Of a stretch of DNA of 64,000 bases, positions 41,185 through 49,635 are shown piece after piece (position 1 is the stretch's first letter; every line of letters begins with the position of its first letter). Under the pieces are notes generated by a model. It was not told where the DNA came from. It did no database searches and was given only the letters and a program-made list of their open reading frames with translations. This stretch comes from a virus (taxonomy: Duplodnaviria > Caudoviricetes). The translations under genes were made by a program, and so were the position numbers. The stretch is from the IMG/VR virus record IMGVR_UViG_3300033122_000343. One strand, 5' to 3'.

Positions 41185-42066
41185 ATGAGAAAACCTTTAT
41201 TAATTCTTTGCTTTGGTTTTCCTAAAACTGGAACAAGTAAATTTTATTATGAGTTAATAGATAATAAGATTTTACATTGTGGACATGATAAAGAATCAAG
41301 ATATTTACAATTAATTCATGAACAGGGATATCCTAACCCTGACGTTGAAAAAAATTTTTTTAAATATTGTAAAAAAGGTAATATGGAAGAAGCAGGAGAT
41401 GTTGCACCATTTTTTGATATAGAACAAGAATACTTTCAAAAACCTTTTACATATAAAAAATATAGGGATTATTACTTAAAATTATGGAAATTTATTGAAC
41501 CATTAGGTTATAGAGCTGTTGCAGATTTTTCTACAGGTAATTATGCTTTACCAGATCATATATTTACTGGTCTCTATCATGAATTGAAAGATTATTTTCA
41601 TGTAAAGGTTTTATTTTCACTTAGAGATCCTGTGAACAGGGCATGGAGTCATTCACACATGCTGGCAAAAAATAGTATGGAGATGGAATCTAAATTTCCT
41701 CATGATCATTACATGGATATATGTAACAGCAAGTACTTTCAAAAACTATACATTCGTACATTAGGAAGATTTATTAATATATTTGAAGTTAAAAATGTAC
41801 ACTCAATTAATATAGAGAAATTTTGGTCAAATGAATTGTACAGAAATCAAAGAATAAGTAATATTTTTACAAGACATTATTTCACAAATAAATATGGCGA
41901 ACTGGTAGGGCGAGTAGATCGCCCTAAATTTAAAATCAGTATAACGAGAGATTCCCCCTTTAAAGGTAAAAAAATGAAATTGAGAGACAAGATGAGAGAA
42001 TTTGGCGAAAGACAATTTAAATATGACATTGCCTTTTGGAAGAAAGCAGGTAAATTAAAAGCATGA
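41185..42066 (+). CDS. Sulfotransferase-like protein
   Basis: PAPS-binding-like GFPKTGTS, KE..Y, DFSTGN, LRDPVNRAWS. Confidence 0.75.
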   Translation: MRKPLLILCFGFPKTGTSKFYYELIDNKILHCGHDKESRYLQLIHEQGYPNPDVEKNFFKYCKKGNMEEAGDVAPFFDIEQEYFQKPFTYKKYRDYYLKLWKFIEPLGYRAVADFSTGNYALPDHIFTGLYHELKDYFHVKVLFSLRDPVNRAWSHSHMLAKNSMEMESKFPHDHYMDICNSKYFQKLYIRTLGRFINIFEVKNVHSINIEKFWSNELYRNQRISNIFTRHYFTNKYGELVGRVDRPKFKISITRDSPFKGKKMKLRDKMREFGERQFKYDIAFWKKAGKLKA

Positions 42067-42299
42067 ACGATTTTACCGTATTCATTTATTTTGTAATGTT
42101 TGCCATCTTGGTAGGGACTACAATATCTTATATGAACAATATAATGAGAAGTACGTTAGACTCATTTAACAGAACTCAAAGAAGACCTGTACATCCTGAG
42201 ATGAGAGATGTAAAATCAGGAGAGGAACTTCTAGTCTTCAAACCTTCAGAAGAAGAGGATGACGATGATGAAGGTAACGTTTTAATAACAAGAAAATGA
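42063..42299 (+). CDS. Small membrane protein (DUF2973-like)
   Basis: N-terminal TM helix then HPEM..GEELLVF. Confidence 0.6.
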   Translation: MNDFTVFIYFVMFAILVGTTISYMNNIMRSTLDSFNRTQRRPVHPEMRDVKSGEELLVFKPSEEEDDDDEGNVLITRK

Positions 42300-43105
42300 T
42301 TGGAATTATTGGAAATGGTTTTGTTGGTAATGCAGTTTACCAATCAGTGCGTGACAAAGTGAAAACTTATGTATATGATGTGGATACCAACAGATCATTA
42401 AATAAATATGAAGAGACAGTCAAACAGAAATTAGTTTTTGTATGTCTGCCTACACCCATGAGAATGGATGGTTCATGTGATTTAAGTTTGTTGGATGAAT
42501 TCTTTGCAAATGCCCCTGAGTACGATTTCGATGAAGACACTAACCCAACCTACATTATTAAGTCTACTGTTCCTATTGGGACTACTAGGTCTTATAGTGA
42601 TCGATATTGCAAGACAATTGTACATAATCCCGAATTTCTAACTGCCAGAAATGCCGTCAATGACTTCAAGGAACAGAGAAGAATCATAATCGGATCTAAG
42701 GATTACGAAGGCAACGAACTGGCACAGTTTTACAGAAACCATTGGTATGATGTTGACATCATCAGTATGTCATCCGATGAGAGCGAAGCGGTAAAATATT
42801 TCTCCAATACCTTTCTTGCCTATAAGGTGGCATATTTCAATAAGATTTATGACGTTTGCCAAAAGGCAAAATTAGATTATGACAAAGTAAGAAGAGGAGT
42901 TGTATCGGACGAGAGAATCGGTGAGAGTCACTCGGAAGTACCAGGTATCGACAACGACAGAGGATTCGGGGGCACATGTTTTCCGAAGGATATAAATGCT
43001 CTTATTGTTCAGATGGAGAGTTTCGGGGTGGATGCCAGTATGCTGAGAGAGGTTTGGAAGTACAATCAGGAAATAAGAACACTAATAGACTGGCATACAA
43101 CCTAA
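42296..43105 (+). CDS. UDP-glucose/GDP-mannose dehydrogenase family protein (lacks C-terminal domain)
   Basis: GIIGNGFVG, FVCLPTP, IKSTVPIG, NPEFL, KYFSNTFLA.K, GFGGTCFPKD. Confidence 0.88.
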   Translation: MIGIIGNGFVGNAVYQSVRDKVKTYVYDVDTNRSLNKYEETVKQKLVFVCLPTPMRMDGSCDLSLLDEFFANAPEYDFDEDTNPTYIIKSTVPIGTTRSYSDRYCKTIVHNPEFLTARNAVNDFKEQRRIIIGSKDYEGNELAQFYRNHWYDVDIISMSSDESEAVKYFSNTFLAYKVAYFNKIYDVCQKAKLDYDKVRRGVVSDERIGESHSEVPGIDNDRGFGGTCFPKDINALIVQMESFGVDASMLREVWKYNQEIRTLIDWHTT

Positions 43106-43596
43106 TGAATAATTTTGAAGAAGAGTGGTTCGATCACGAAGATAAATTAAAAAAAGTAATGCAACCACATGCAAGATTCTCTCTCTCTTCTGATGAAATA
43201 GATGAACTCAAAAAAACTTATGAGACACCAGAAAAACTAAAAGATGCAATGCAACCAAATGCAAGGTTTGGTTTCACTCCTGAAGAAGTTGAACAATTAA
43301 ATGAAATCACAGATATTACACGATATGCAGAACACACCTCAAGATTATTGTACCTTGTAGAATACTGTAAACCTCACAGGTTAAAATATAAATTACCTTC
43401 TAATGTAATCAAGAAACTGAGGCATGCTCTTCCTGAATCAAAATTAAAAGATAAATTTGAAACATTCAATATAGTACCAAACAAGAGATATGATTTCACA
43501 TTGGATACTATCAAGATGACATATGAATTACTTTCTGAAGGAGATTTACGAAAAAAGTTTGAAAAATTTCTTAAGAATAAATCAAGGTCATGTTAG
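43105..43596 (+). CDS. Hypothetical protein with duplicated motif
   Basis: Start refined to ATG 43105 (TAATG overlap); KLKKVMQPHARF..DEIDEL / KLKDAMQPNARF..EEVEQL. Confidence 0.65.
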   Translation: MNNFEEEWFDHEDKLKKVMQPHARFSLSSDEIDELKKTYETPEKLKDAMQPNARFGFTPEEVEQLNEITDITRYAEHTSRLLYLVEYCKPHRLKYKLPSNVIKKLRHALPESKLKDKFETFNIVPNKRYDFTLDTIKMTYELLSEGDLRKKFEKFLKNKSRSC

Positions 43597-43976
43597 AAGG
43601 ATTTCATGATGCAATAGAAGATTCATGGGATAACCTTGATTGGAGAATACCAGAATTTAATTCACATACCATAATATTTGATGTGGTAGAGGTATATGAA
43701 AAATGCAACGATGTAATTACTATAAACCTTGATCAAATTGCATGGAAAGGAAAACATATAAAAAACAGTTGCCGTGGAGAAAGATATGACAACTGTGACA
43801 TTTCGTTCCCACCAATCGTGACGAAGGCAACTAATCCTTTTTCTCTTCCTTTTAGATGTATAGATGGAAAACATAGATTAAGTAAAATGAGAGACATGGG
43901 ATATAAAACTGTTCTTTGTAATTACATCACACCTGAAAATTTAAAATCTCAAGGATACTATAAATTGTTTGAATAA
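43590..43976 (+). CDS. ParB/sulfiredoxin N-terminal-like domain protein
   Basis: PPIV...RCIDGKHRL.K. Confidence 0.65.
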   Translation: MLEGFHDAIEDSWDNLDWRIPEFNSHTIIFDVVEVYEKCNDVITINLDQIAWKGKHIKNSCRGERYDNCDISFPPIVTKATNPFSLPFRCIDGKHRLSKMRDMGYKTVLCNYITPENLKSQGYYKLFE

Positions 43977-44002
43977 ATATCAGAGTACTATGCAGTATTA
44001 TT

Positions 44003-44278
44003 ATGTCCTGTACTCCTGAATCTCTACTGAAGAAATATACCGAGGAACTGGCAGAATTAGAAAAATCACAAAAAGAACTGGAAGAATCATACGAAAAATA
44101 TATTGCACTTGATAAACAATTAAACACAATAGAAGGAAAAATATCTGCACTCACAGAACTGATAACTCCTCATTCTCATATAGACTTAGAAACTGACTAT
44201 GGATCTTCTGCCGATGAACTATCAGAAATCTGGATAGATACTGACACACTTGATGGTACTGTTAATATTACTTATTAA
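44003..44278 (+). CDS. Coiled-coil hypothetical protein
   Basis: Heptads; late promoter ATAAATA 43973-43979. Confidence 0.6.
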   Translation: MSCTPESLLKKYTEELAELEKSQKELEESYEKYIALDKQLNTIEGKISALTELITPHSHIDLETDYGSSADELSEIWIDTDTLDGTVNITY

Positions 44279-44814
44279 GAAGACTCAGGTGTTACCATAA
44301 CCCATAGTACAAGAGTATATCTGTCTCCATTAGTGGCAGCAGATACCTCATGAGGGTAGAAATAATTTGGAGGAAAGGTGATTGCTTCTCTTTTCTTTAA
44401 TTTAACTTGATAGTTCTGCTTGGGAAAATTAAATACTCCACCATCATAATCATCAGTAAGAGCAATAATAATACTTAATACCCTCTGCGAAGAATCATCA
44501 TCATATAATCCATCTACATGTAGTACAGTTTCTCCCCAATGTTTCCTTACCACATAGGTTCCATAAGTTAATTCTTCAGGAAACCATTCATGATCCTCCA
44601 GTACCTTGTCTATAATTCCTTCGACTACCTCATATACTTTTTCATCCTGCTCTGGATAATCATCAAGATCTAAGTTATAACACTCTACATTCTGATATTC
44701 ATCTATTGTCTCTATCTCAGTATTGTCCTTTTCAGTTTTATGTAGGGCGATTAACTCGTCACATAGTTCCTGAGTTAATACATCTTTATAGATTCTGATA
44801 GAATGATCCATCAT
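44275..44814 (-). CDS. 2OG-Fe(II) oxygenase (prolyl-4-hydroxylase-like)
   Basis: LHVD, RVLSIII.L.DDYDGG.F.F, FPPN..YPHEV, G.RY.LV.W. Confidence 0.88.
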   Translation of the reverse strand: MMDHSIRIYKDVLTQELCDELIALHKTEKDNTEIETIDEYQNVECYNLDLDDYPEQDEKVYEVVEGIIDKVLEDHEWFPEELTYGTYVVRKHWGETVLHVDGLYDDDSSQRVLSIIIALTDDYDGGVFNFPKQNYQVKLKKREAITFPPNYFYPHEVSAATNGDRYTLVLWVMVTPESS

Positions 44815-44906
44815 AAAAATTCAAAAACATCCATACATGCTGCTAATATTATAGACCCTATTATGATATAGGGCACCATTTTTAATGGTATTCGTCTACT
44901 GAACAT
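44811..44906 (-). CDS. 31-aa hydrophobic micro-ORF with lipobox-like LAAC
   Basis: Manual translation MFSRRIPLKMVPYIIIGSIILAACMDVFEFL; AAAGGA upstream; ATGA coupling to oxygenase. Confidence 0.5.
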   Translation of the reverse strand: MFSRRIPLKMVPYIIIGSIILAACMDVFEFL

Positions 44907-45140
44907 TATTTTTTCCTTTTGTCATTTTTTTTCTGCGAAAAAAATTTTCATATTTTAGATATTTAGAGGTCGAAATGTCACCTCTGTAGGTTAGGGACTT
45001 AAGCGTTTTTATTAACCGCCCCTTAATAAAATTTTAACATATAATTAACTGCTATTTTGAACTGTAAAAAATACCTAGAGCATATAATGTATTATTTCGC
45101 AAGTGCTTTTGTGACAGTGTTAAGAGTTATTTTTCATTAT

Positions 45141-45169
45141 TTACAAATAGGGTTCAAATCCTTTATAAT
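45141..45169 (+). promoter_or_regulatory. Sigma70-type early promoter with GGTTCAAATC box in spacer
   Basis: TTACAA-17nt-TATAAT; box at 45151-45160. Confidence 0.75.
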
Positions 45170-45194
45170 AAGATCATACTTCGTCTATCTTATT

Positions 45195-45920
45195 ATGACC
45201 TTTCCTTTTCTCAAGTTTTCTAAGGGTAACGCTAAACTAGATAAGAATACTCTTATCTTTAATCTACCAGCTGGGCGTACCTGTCCAGGTGCTAAAAACT
45301 GCCTGGCATTCGTAGTAAACGAAAATGGTAAACGAACTATTAAACGAAGCAAAGATACTGAGTTCAGTTGCTTTGCTGCTGATTCCGAGCAAAGATTCCC
45401 TAATGTATTTAATCAAAGAAAATACAATTTAGACCTTTTAAATAAATCTTTTAAAGAAAATGGTTTTAATGGTATGGTTAATTTAATTACTAACTCATTA
45501 ACCTATTATCAAGTGAAACATAATAATGTTTTTAAGGTCAGAATACATGAGTCAGGCGACTACTATTCAATGGATTATCTTAAAGCGTGGTTAGAAGTAT
45601 GCGAAAATAAACCTAGTCTTAAGTTTTATTCTTACTCTAAGTCCTTAAATTTTTTCGATGGTTTAGCACTGCCTGAAAATTTCTATCTTACTAAGTCATA
45701 CGGAGGGCGTTATGATCATCTTATAAAGGATAATGAGAGATCAGCGAAAGTAGTTTTCTCTGAGAGTGAAGCAATTAATCAGGGGTTAGCAATTGATAAA
45801 GATGAATCGAACTGTTTTAAGGATGACCCCTTTGCCCTTTTAATCCACGGCAGACAGCAAGCGGGTACACATGCAAGTAAATCAGTCTGGGCATTAAAGA
45901 ATAAAAAGAGATCAGGTTAA
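45195..45920 (+). CDS. GP88-family (Cys-cluster, radical-SAM-like) protein
   Basis: GNAKL..FNLPAGRTCPGAKNC..CFA..RIHESGDYY..FYSYSKS; start refined to ATG 45195 downstream of promoter. Confidence 0.7.
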   Translation: MTFPFLKFSKGNAKLDKNTLIFNLPAGRTCPGAKNCLAFVVNENGKRTIKRSKDTEFSCFAADSEQRFPNVFNQRKYNLDLLNKSFKENGFNGMVNLITNSLTYYQVKHNNVFKVRIHESGDYYSMDYLKAWLEVCENKPSLKFYSYSKSLNFFDGLALPENFYLTKSYGGRYDHLIKDNERSAKVVFSESEAINQGLAIDKDESNCFKDDPFALLIHGRQQAGTHASKSVWALKNKKRSG

Positions 45921-45969
45921 GATCTCTTTTTATAATAAGGCATAAAAAAAAGACCCCTTAAGGGTCTTT
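45901..45969. terminator. Two back-to-back intrinsic terminator hairpins between convergent genes
   Basis: ATAAAAAGAGATC-7-GATCTCTTTTTAT (45901-45933) and AAAGACCC-5-GGGTCTTT (45949-45969) with A/T runs. Confidence 0.8.
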
Positions 45970-45985
45970 ATATAAAGGGGGTTGA

Positions 45986-46282
45986 TTAGACCCGCCTTAG
46001 TAACTTTTGAGTTAGTGATCTCTTTTTACCTGTGTAATGGTAGTAAGCAGTTCTAGATCTCTTAAAAGCGTACTGTTTAATTGGTTCGTTGTTTCTGTCT
46101 GTCATCTTAACAAAACCAGTTTTAACAAGTGCTTCGAGGATTAACGCCCTATGCCCGTCTTTTCTATATTCCCAGTTATTAAAAGATGGGTGGCACTGTT
46201 TAACAATTTGTGTTAATGTGATCCCGTTTTCTGCCTTAATAATTGTTTTGAGAATCTGGCGAGCGGTTGGAAAATTGTTCAT
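45986..46282 (-). CDS. Small basic winged-helix-like DNA-binding protein
   Basis: ILK.I....GITLTQIV...LILEALVKTGFVK....YYHY; basic. Confidence 0.5.
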   Translation of the reverse strand: MNNFPTARQILKTIIKAENGITLTQIVKQCHPSFNNWEYRKDGHRALILEALVKTGFVKMTDRNNEPIKQYAFKRSRTAYYHYTGKKRSLTQKLLRRV

Positions 46283-46327
46283 AATAAATTAATTAATTTG
46301 TTTACTCTTTTATAATATAATAAAATG

Positions 46328-46424
46328 GGTTCAAATCTATAAAAAGTGGACACTATTATTAGTGTCACAATCCCTGTAATATTTCTGTAACATTTCCCCA
46401 AATGGTTCAAATCTATGTTATTAT
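46328..46424. promoter_or_regulatory. Divergent early promoter pair: two GGTTCAAATC boxes around a palindrome
   Basis: Boxes at 46328 and 46404; GACACTA-ttat-TAGTGTC palindrome within 46346-46368; extended -10 TGtTATTAT at 46416-46424. Confidence 0.6.
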
Positions 46425-46559
46425 TATATTATAGAGATCTGGGGTAAGATCTATAAAATGTTCGACACTCACCCTGCCATAAAATAATTGTATCAATATG
46501 TTACAAAATGCTGTCAAGTGCTTGTGTGCCACTTTGTGAACTGTCACACTCATGCTTAT

Positions 46560-46690
46560 TGAGAATGAGAATCAATTGCAATCTCACCTGTCTCATTCTT
46601 GTCTCAGTCTCATCAGTCTCAGTCTCATTAGTCTCATTTATTGAGAATTGTGAGACTGCTGAGATTTCTGAGATTGTCTCATCTGTCTCA
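46560..46690. repeat. Non-coding cluster of 15 TCTCA/TGAGA pentamers
   Basis: 9 TCTCA (8 as GTCTCA) and 6 TGAGA; four TGAGA spaced exactly 9 nt (46642, 46651, 46660, 46669). Confidence 0.85.
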
Positions 46691-46909
46691 TTCTTTATAC
46701 TTAGTCATCGCAATCTATTTGGATTGTTTATAATTAGTAGGCACAATTTGCTCTGAATTCTTATTATATAATAACTGTAAATCCTCCCAGAAAAAAATAT
46801 TTTGAGGTGCTGGATTTTTCTTAGAGAGGTCGCTAAGAGAACAATAACTTCACACTATTATAAGATAACTAACCCTTTATGTTATAATAACAGATGCCTT
46901 ATAAAATAC

Positions 46910-47126
46910 ACGAATATATTTAATTAAACCTTTTTAATATTTTAATAAACGAACACGAAAACGATACAAAACACGAAGTTTTAGACGAATTTATTCTCCT
47001 CCAGTATTATCACGAAGATAATCCAATTCATCAGACTCATTACTCTCACTAGATTCTGAACGAAGTGCGTCTGGATTGCGTGTAGATTCTGAACACGAAG
47101 AAATATGCTCCCAAATATCCACGAAG
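46910..47126 (+). repeat. Nine co-oriented ACGAA motifs
   Basis: At 46910, 46949, 46955, 46973, 46985, 47012, 47060, 47095, 47121. Confidence 0.75.
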
Positions 47127-47326
47127 TTTCTCAACCATTCTTTTTGGAACATAGTCAGATCTATATCCTGACCATAAAGATAATCTTCAGCAGATAAAAA
47201 GTTCCCATCACCATTTCTTTTTAATTGTTGCAGTACACACCAATCAACATAAACAACATGTAGGAATCTATGGTACATGTTGTCAAACTTATCATGTGAC
47301 CATTCTTGTGAATTGCTTTCTGTCAT
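46991..47326 (-). CDS. Early hypothetical protein
   Basis: Strong RBS AAAGGAG; LT.FQK.WL..F...WE. Confidence 0.7.
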   Translation of the reverse strand: MTESNSQEWSHDKFDNMYHRFLHVVYVDWCVLQQLKRNGDGNFLSAEDYLYGQDIDLTMFQKEWLRNFVDIWEHISSCSESTRNPDALRSESSESNESDELDYLRDNTGGE

Positions 47327-47360
47327 GATTCTCCTTTCTTTAATAATAACATGGTATACA

Positions 47361-47765
47361 TTATCTTATATAAAGATAACCTCCTGCCCATCCTGATACA
47401 CCTAAGTTCTTAGCATTGTGTAAGAATTCTCTTTCTGTGATAATTCTCATATCAAATCTTACATGTTTTGCAGGAGCGTTCCATGAAGCAGGTTTGTAAA
47501 CCTGTCCTGTTTTTCTATCAACAAATGCATGAACAGATCTTTCTTTGTACTGATTTGTTGCATACTGTCCCATGTCATCAAATTCCATAGAAACAATCTT
47601 GTAATACTTTTTACCAGTTTTGACTTTATAATACTGTAAGTTCTCTCTATCTCTATAACCACTCTGTTCGTGATAATTACGATAGTTCTCTGTAATAGTA
47701 TCAGCATAGGTTTGAGTCCATGCTTTGACTCTTGTTTCTAGTGATTGTTCTGTGATAGTTTCCAT
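47361..47765 (-). CDS. Conserved early phage protein
   Basis: GKKYYKI..RSVHAFVDRKTG.VYKPASW.APAKHVRF..WAGGYLY. Confidence 0.85.
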   Translation of the reverse strand: METITEQSLETRVKAWTQTYADTITENYRNYHEQSGYRDRENLQYYKVKTGKKYYKIVSMEFDDMGQYATNQYKERSVHAFVDRKTGQVYKPASWNAPAKHVRFDMRIITEREFLHNAKNLGVSGWAGGYLYIR

Positions 47766-47837
47766 AATAAGAAAATTGATTTATAATAGTATATTAATCT
47801 ATTTTTGGTTCATATCTATCGTCAGTGTGACAATTTT

Positions 47838-48077
47838 TTAAGTGTCTTTACCTTCTGATAAACTATCTAACAAGTTCATACTTCTCATTCCCGCAATCAT
47901 ATCATGCTCAATGTTCTCTTCCAATTGACTATCATATAGTCTTATTGAAAGTTCTGAATTCGATACATCATAACCGTCTCTGTTCAATGCATGCTCTACA
48001 ATGTTCCATATTTTATGAAGTTCATCATCTTGTAAGAATGTTTGAACTGCATAATAATGTTCTGAATCAATGGTCAT
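47838..48077 (-). CDS. Early hypothetical protein
   Basis: Start refined to MTIDSEH (ATG 48077, AAGGTAAGGA upstream). Confidence 0.65.
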   Translation of the reverse strand: MTIDSEHYYAVQTFLQDDELHKIWNIVEHALNRDGYDVSNSELSIRLYDSQLEENIEHDMIAGMRSMNLLDSLSEGKDT

Positions 48078-48297
48078 TATCCTTACCTTCTGATAGACTA
48101 TCAAGTTTTGATACTGTCCATTCAAATGGACTATCATCACATACTATTTCTAGCACCTCATTAAATGTGGTCTGGTCAATGTGATCTGGTATTCCCAAGT
48201 CATTAATGAATAAGACGATATCAGACACAACTGATTGCTGTTTATCTGAGAACTGAATAGTACGAGTCCACTCTACATCTTTGTTTCTGTTTTTCAT
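48067..48297 (-). CDS. Early hypothetical protein
   Basis: Coupled ORF, 76 aa. Confidence 0.65.
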   Translation of the reverse strand: MKNRNKDVEWTRTIQFSDKQQSVVSDIVLFINDLGIPDHIDQTTFNEVLEIVCDDSPFEWTVSKLDSLSEGKDNDH

Positions 48298-48521
48298 TAG
48301 AACATGACCTCATTAAATTTTTTTGGGTCATTGCACAATAAAGTAAGACCATTAACGATCATAGTATTGACAATACTTCTGTTCTCAGGAGTATCGTTCA
48401 TAGTAATATGTTCCCATACTCTATGATTTGCATAAGAGATTTGTTTTGGAGTGATCTCCTCTCTTTCGTATCCTTCAAATTGTTCTTTAACAATCATTGG
48501 TACTGCATCAAATACGTTCAT
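48297..48521 (-). CDS. Early hypothetical protein
   Basis: Follows motif-bearing promoter at 48551-48606. Confidence 0.65.
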   Translation of the reverse strand: MNVFDAVPMIVKEQFEGYEREEITPKQISYANHRVWEHITMNDTPENRSIVNTMIVNGLTLLCNDPKKFNEVMF

Positions 48522-48607
48522 GATCTTAAAAATGTGAATGACTTAATATAATATTAGTCTATACATGGTTCAAATCCATTGCTCTTGTGACAGTTTGACA
48601 ACTGGTT

Positions 48608-48811
48608 TTATTGTTTATTTGAAAATCGTCTTTGACTCTCCTCTGTCCTTTTTTTATGACTCTCATAGTAAGTAAGAGAATCCTCTATTTTATTCATTGC
48701 CGAAGTTAATATGGGATTCCGTTTCAATTCTGGTGAGACGTAATGTAACATCTGCATTTGATCAAATAATGTCTGTATTTCTTTTTGTGTGAATGAAATT
48801 AAATGATTCAT
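48608..48811 (-). CDS. Early hypothetical protein
   Basis: 67-aa ORF in coupled array. Confidence 0.6.
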   Translation of the reverse strand: MNHLISFTQKEIQTLFDQMQMLHYVSPELKRNPILTSAMNKIEDSLTYYESHKKRTEESQRRFSNKQ

Positions 48812-48987
48812 TTATGATGGTTTATAAAAGGAATAAATTTGTCGACCTCCCATTTGTATGATACAATTTCTGAATTGTCTTTCCCCATTTCAAATATTAT
48901 TTGTTGGAGATTGTCACACAATTCAATTGGATTAATTTCATCGTCATCATCCAAACAGATTTTTACTGAAAATGTTGCTGTTTTCAT
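48808..48987 (-). CDS. Early hypothetical protein (59 aa)
   Basis: Manual translation MKTATFSVKICLDDDDEINP...; ATGA overlaps at both ends. Confidence 0.6.
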   Translation of the reverse strand: MKTATFSVKICLDDDDEINPIELCDNLQQIIFEMGKDNSEIVSYKWEVDKFIPFINHHK

Positions 48988-49319
48988 TCGTATATGTTTC
49001 TTCTGTTTTTACTTCCTTTAGGTCTACCTCCTTTCTTACGACTACGCCAGTTATCAAATTTTTCTCTGATTATTAATCCTCTCCATAATCTAGTCTTAAA
49101 ACGTACTTTGTCATGATCTCTTTCAATTGTAACTTCCAATGTACTATTGTCAGTTTCTAATACTTTTCCTTTGAATAAACGATTAGTAGTATTAAGAACT
49201 ACATCTCCTACTACTATTTCTGAAAAATCTTGATAAGAATTTCTTTTGCTTTTGTTTGCACGAGAAATGTTTCCTCTAATAGATTGATATCTCGCTTGTT
49301 CTTCTTTTGAATAAGGCAT
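48984..49319 (-). CDS. Basic hypothetical protein (SH3-like core, AT-hook-like GRPKGSKN tail)
   Basis: VGDVV..FKGKVLE; KKGGRPKGSKN. Confidence 0.6.
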   Translation of the reverse strand: MPYSKEEQARYQSIRGNISRANKSKRNSYQDFSEIVVGDVVLNTTNRLFKGKVLETDNSTLEVTIERDHDKVRFKTRLWRGLIIREKFDNWRSRKKGGRPKGSKNRRNIYE

Positions 49320-49486
49320 TATGCTCCTTGATAAGATTTTTCAAGAGGAAAAACTTCCCCATCTTTGTCCAGTATCATGTCAAATACTTCGGTTTGTTCT
49401 TTGTTTAGATCGAAATCCATGTCTCTCAAAGTATCATACAATTTAGTCATATGATATATTTGATTTGTTGTTAAGTAAATATTCAT
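49319..49486 (-). CDS. Early hypothetical protein (55 aa)
   Basis: Manual translation MNIYLTTNQIYHMTKLYDTLRDMDFDL...; coupled at both ends. Confidence 0.6.
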   Translation of the reverse strand: MNIYLTTNQIYHMTKLYDTLRDMDFDLNKEQTEVFDMILDKDGEVFPLEKSYQGA

Positions 49487-49635
49487 GATGACATCTCCTC
49501 AAATTCCTTTAATGCTCTTCTTCTGGCAACATTCTCAACAATGTTGTTAGGTTCTTGTGGGAACTCTCTTTGAATTCTTTCTACTTGTTTTTCAAATAAC
49601 ATTTCAAGTAGTTCAGTGTTTCCAAAATGACTCAT
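49483..49635 (-). CDS. Early hypothetical protein (50 aa)
   Basis: MSHFGNTELLEMLFE...A...FEEM; start refined. Confidence 0.6.
   Translation of the reverse strand: MSHFGNTELLEMLFEKQVERIQREFPQEPNNIVENVARRRALKEFEEMSS

Noticed and set aside
45057-45194. N-terminal extensions given by the ORF track (also 42976, 48140, 49701)
   Set aside because: They run through promoters or upstream genes; internal ATGs with coupling or RBS fit better.
46561-46579. Fur-box-like GAGAATGAGAATCAATTGC (14/19 to GATAATGATAATCATTATC)
   Set aside because: Cannot be separated from the local TGAGA repeats, and no iron-related gene follows.
46560-46690. TCTCA array as mini-CRISPR, or ORF 46508-46756 as a gene
   Set aside because: Units are 5-6 bp without spacers; the ORF is a low-complexity translation of the repeats.
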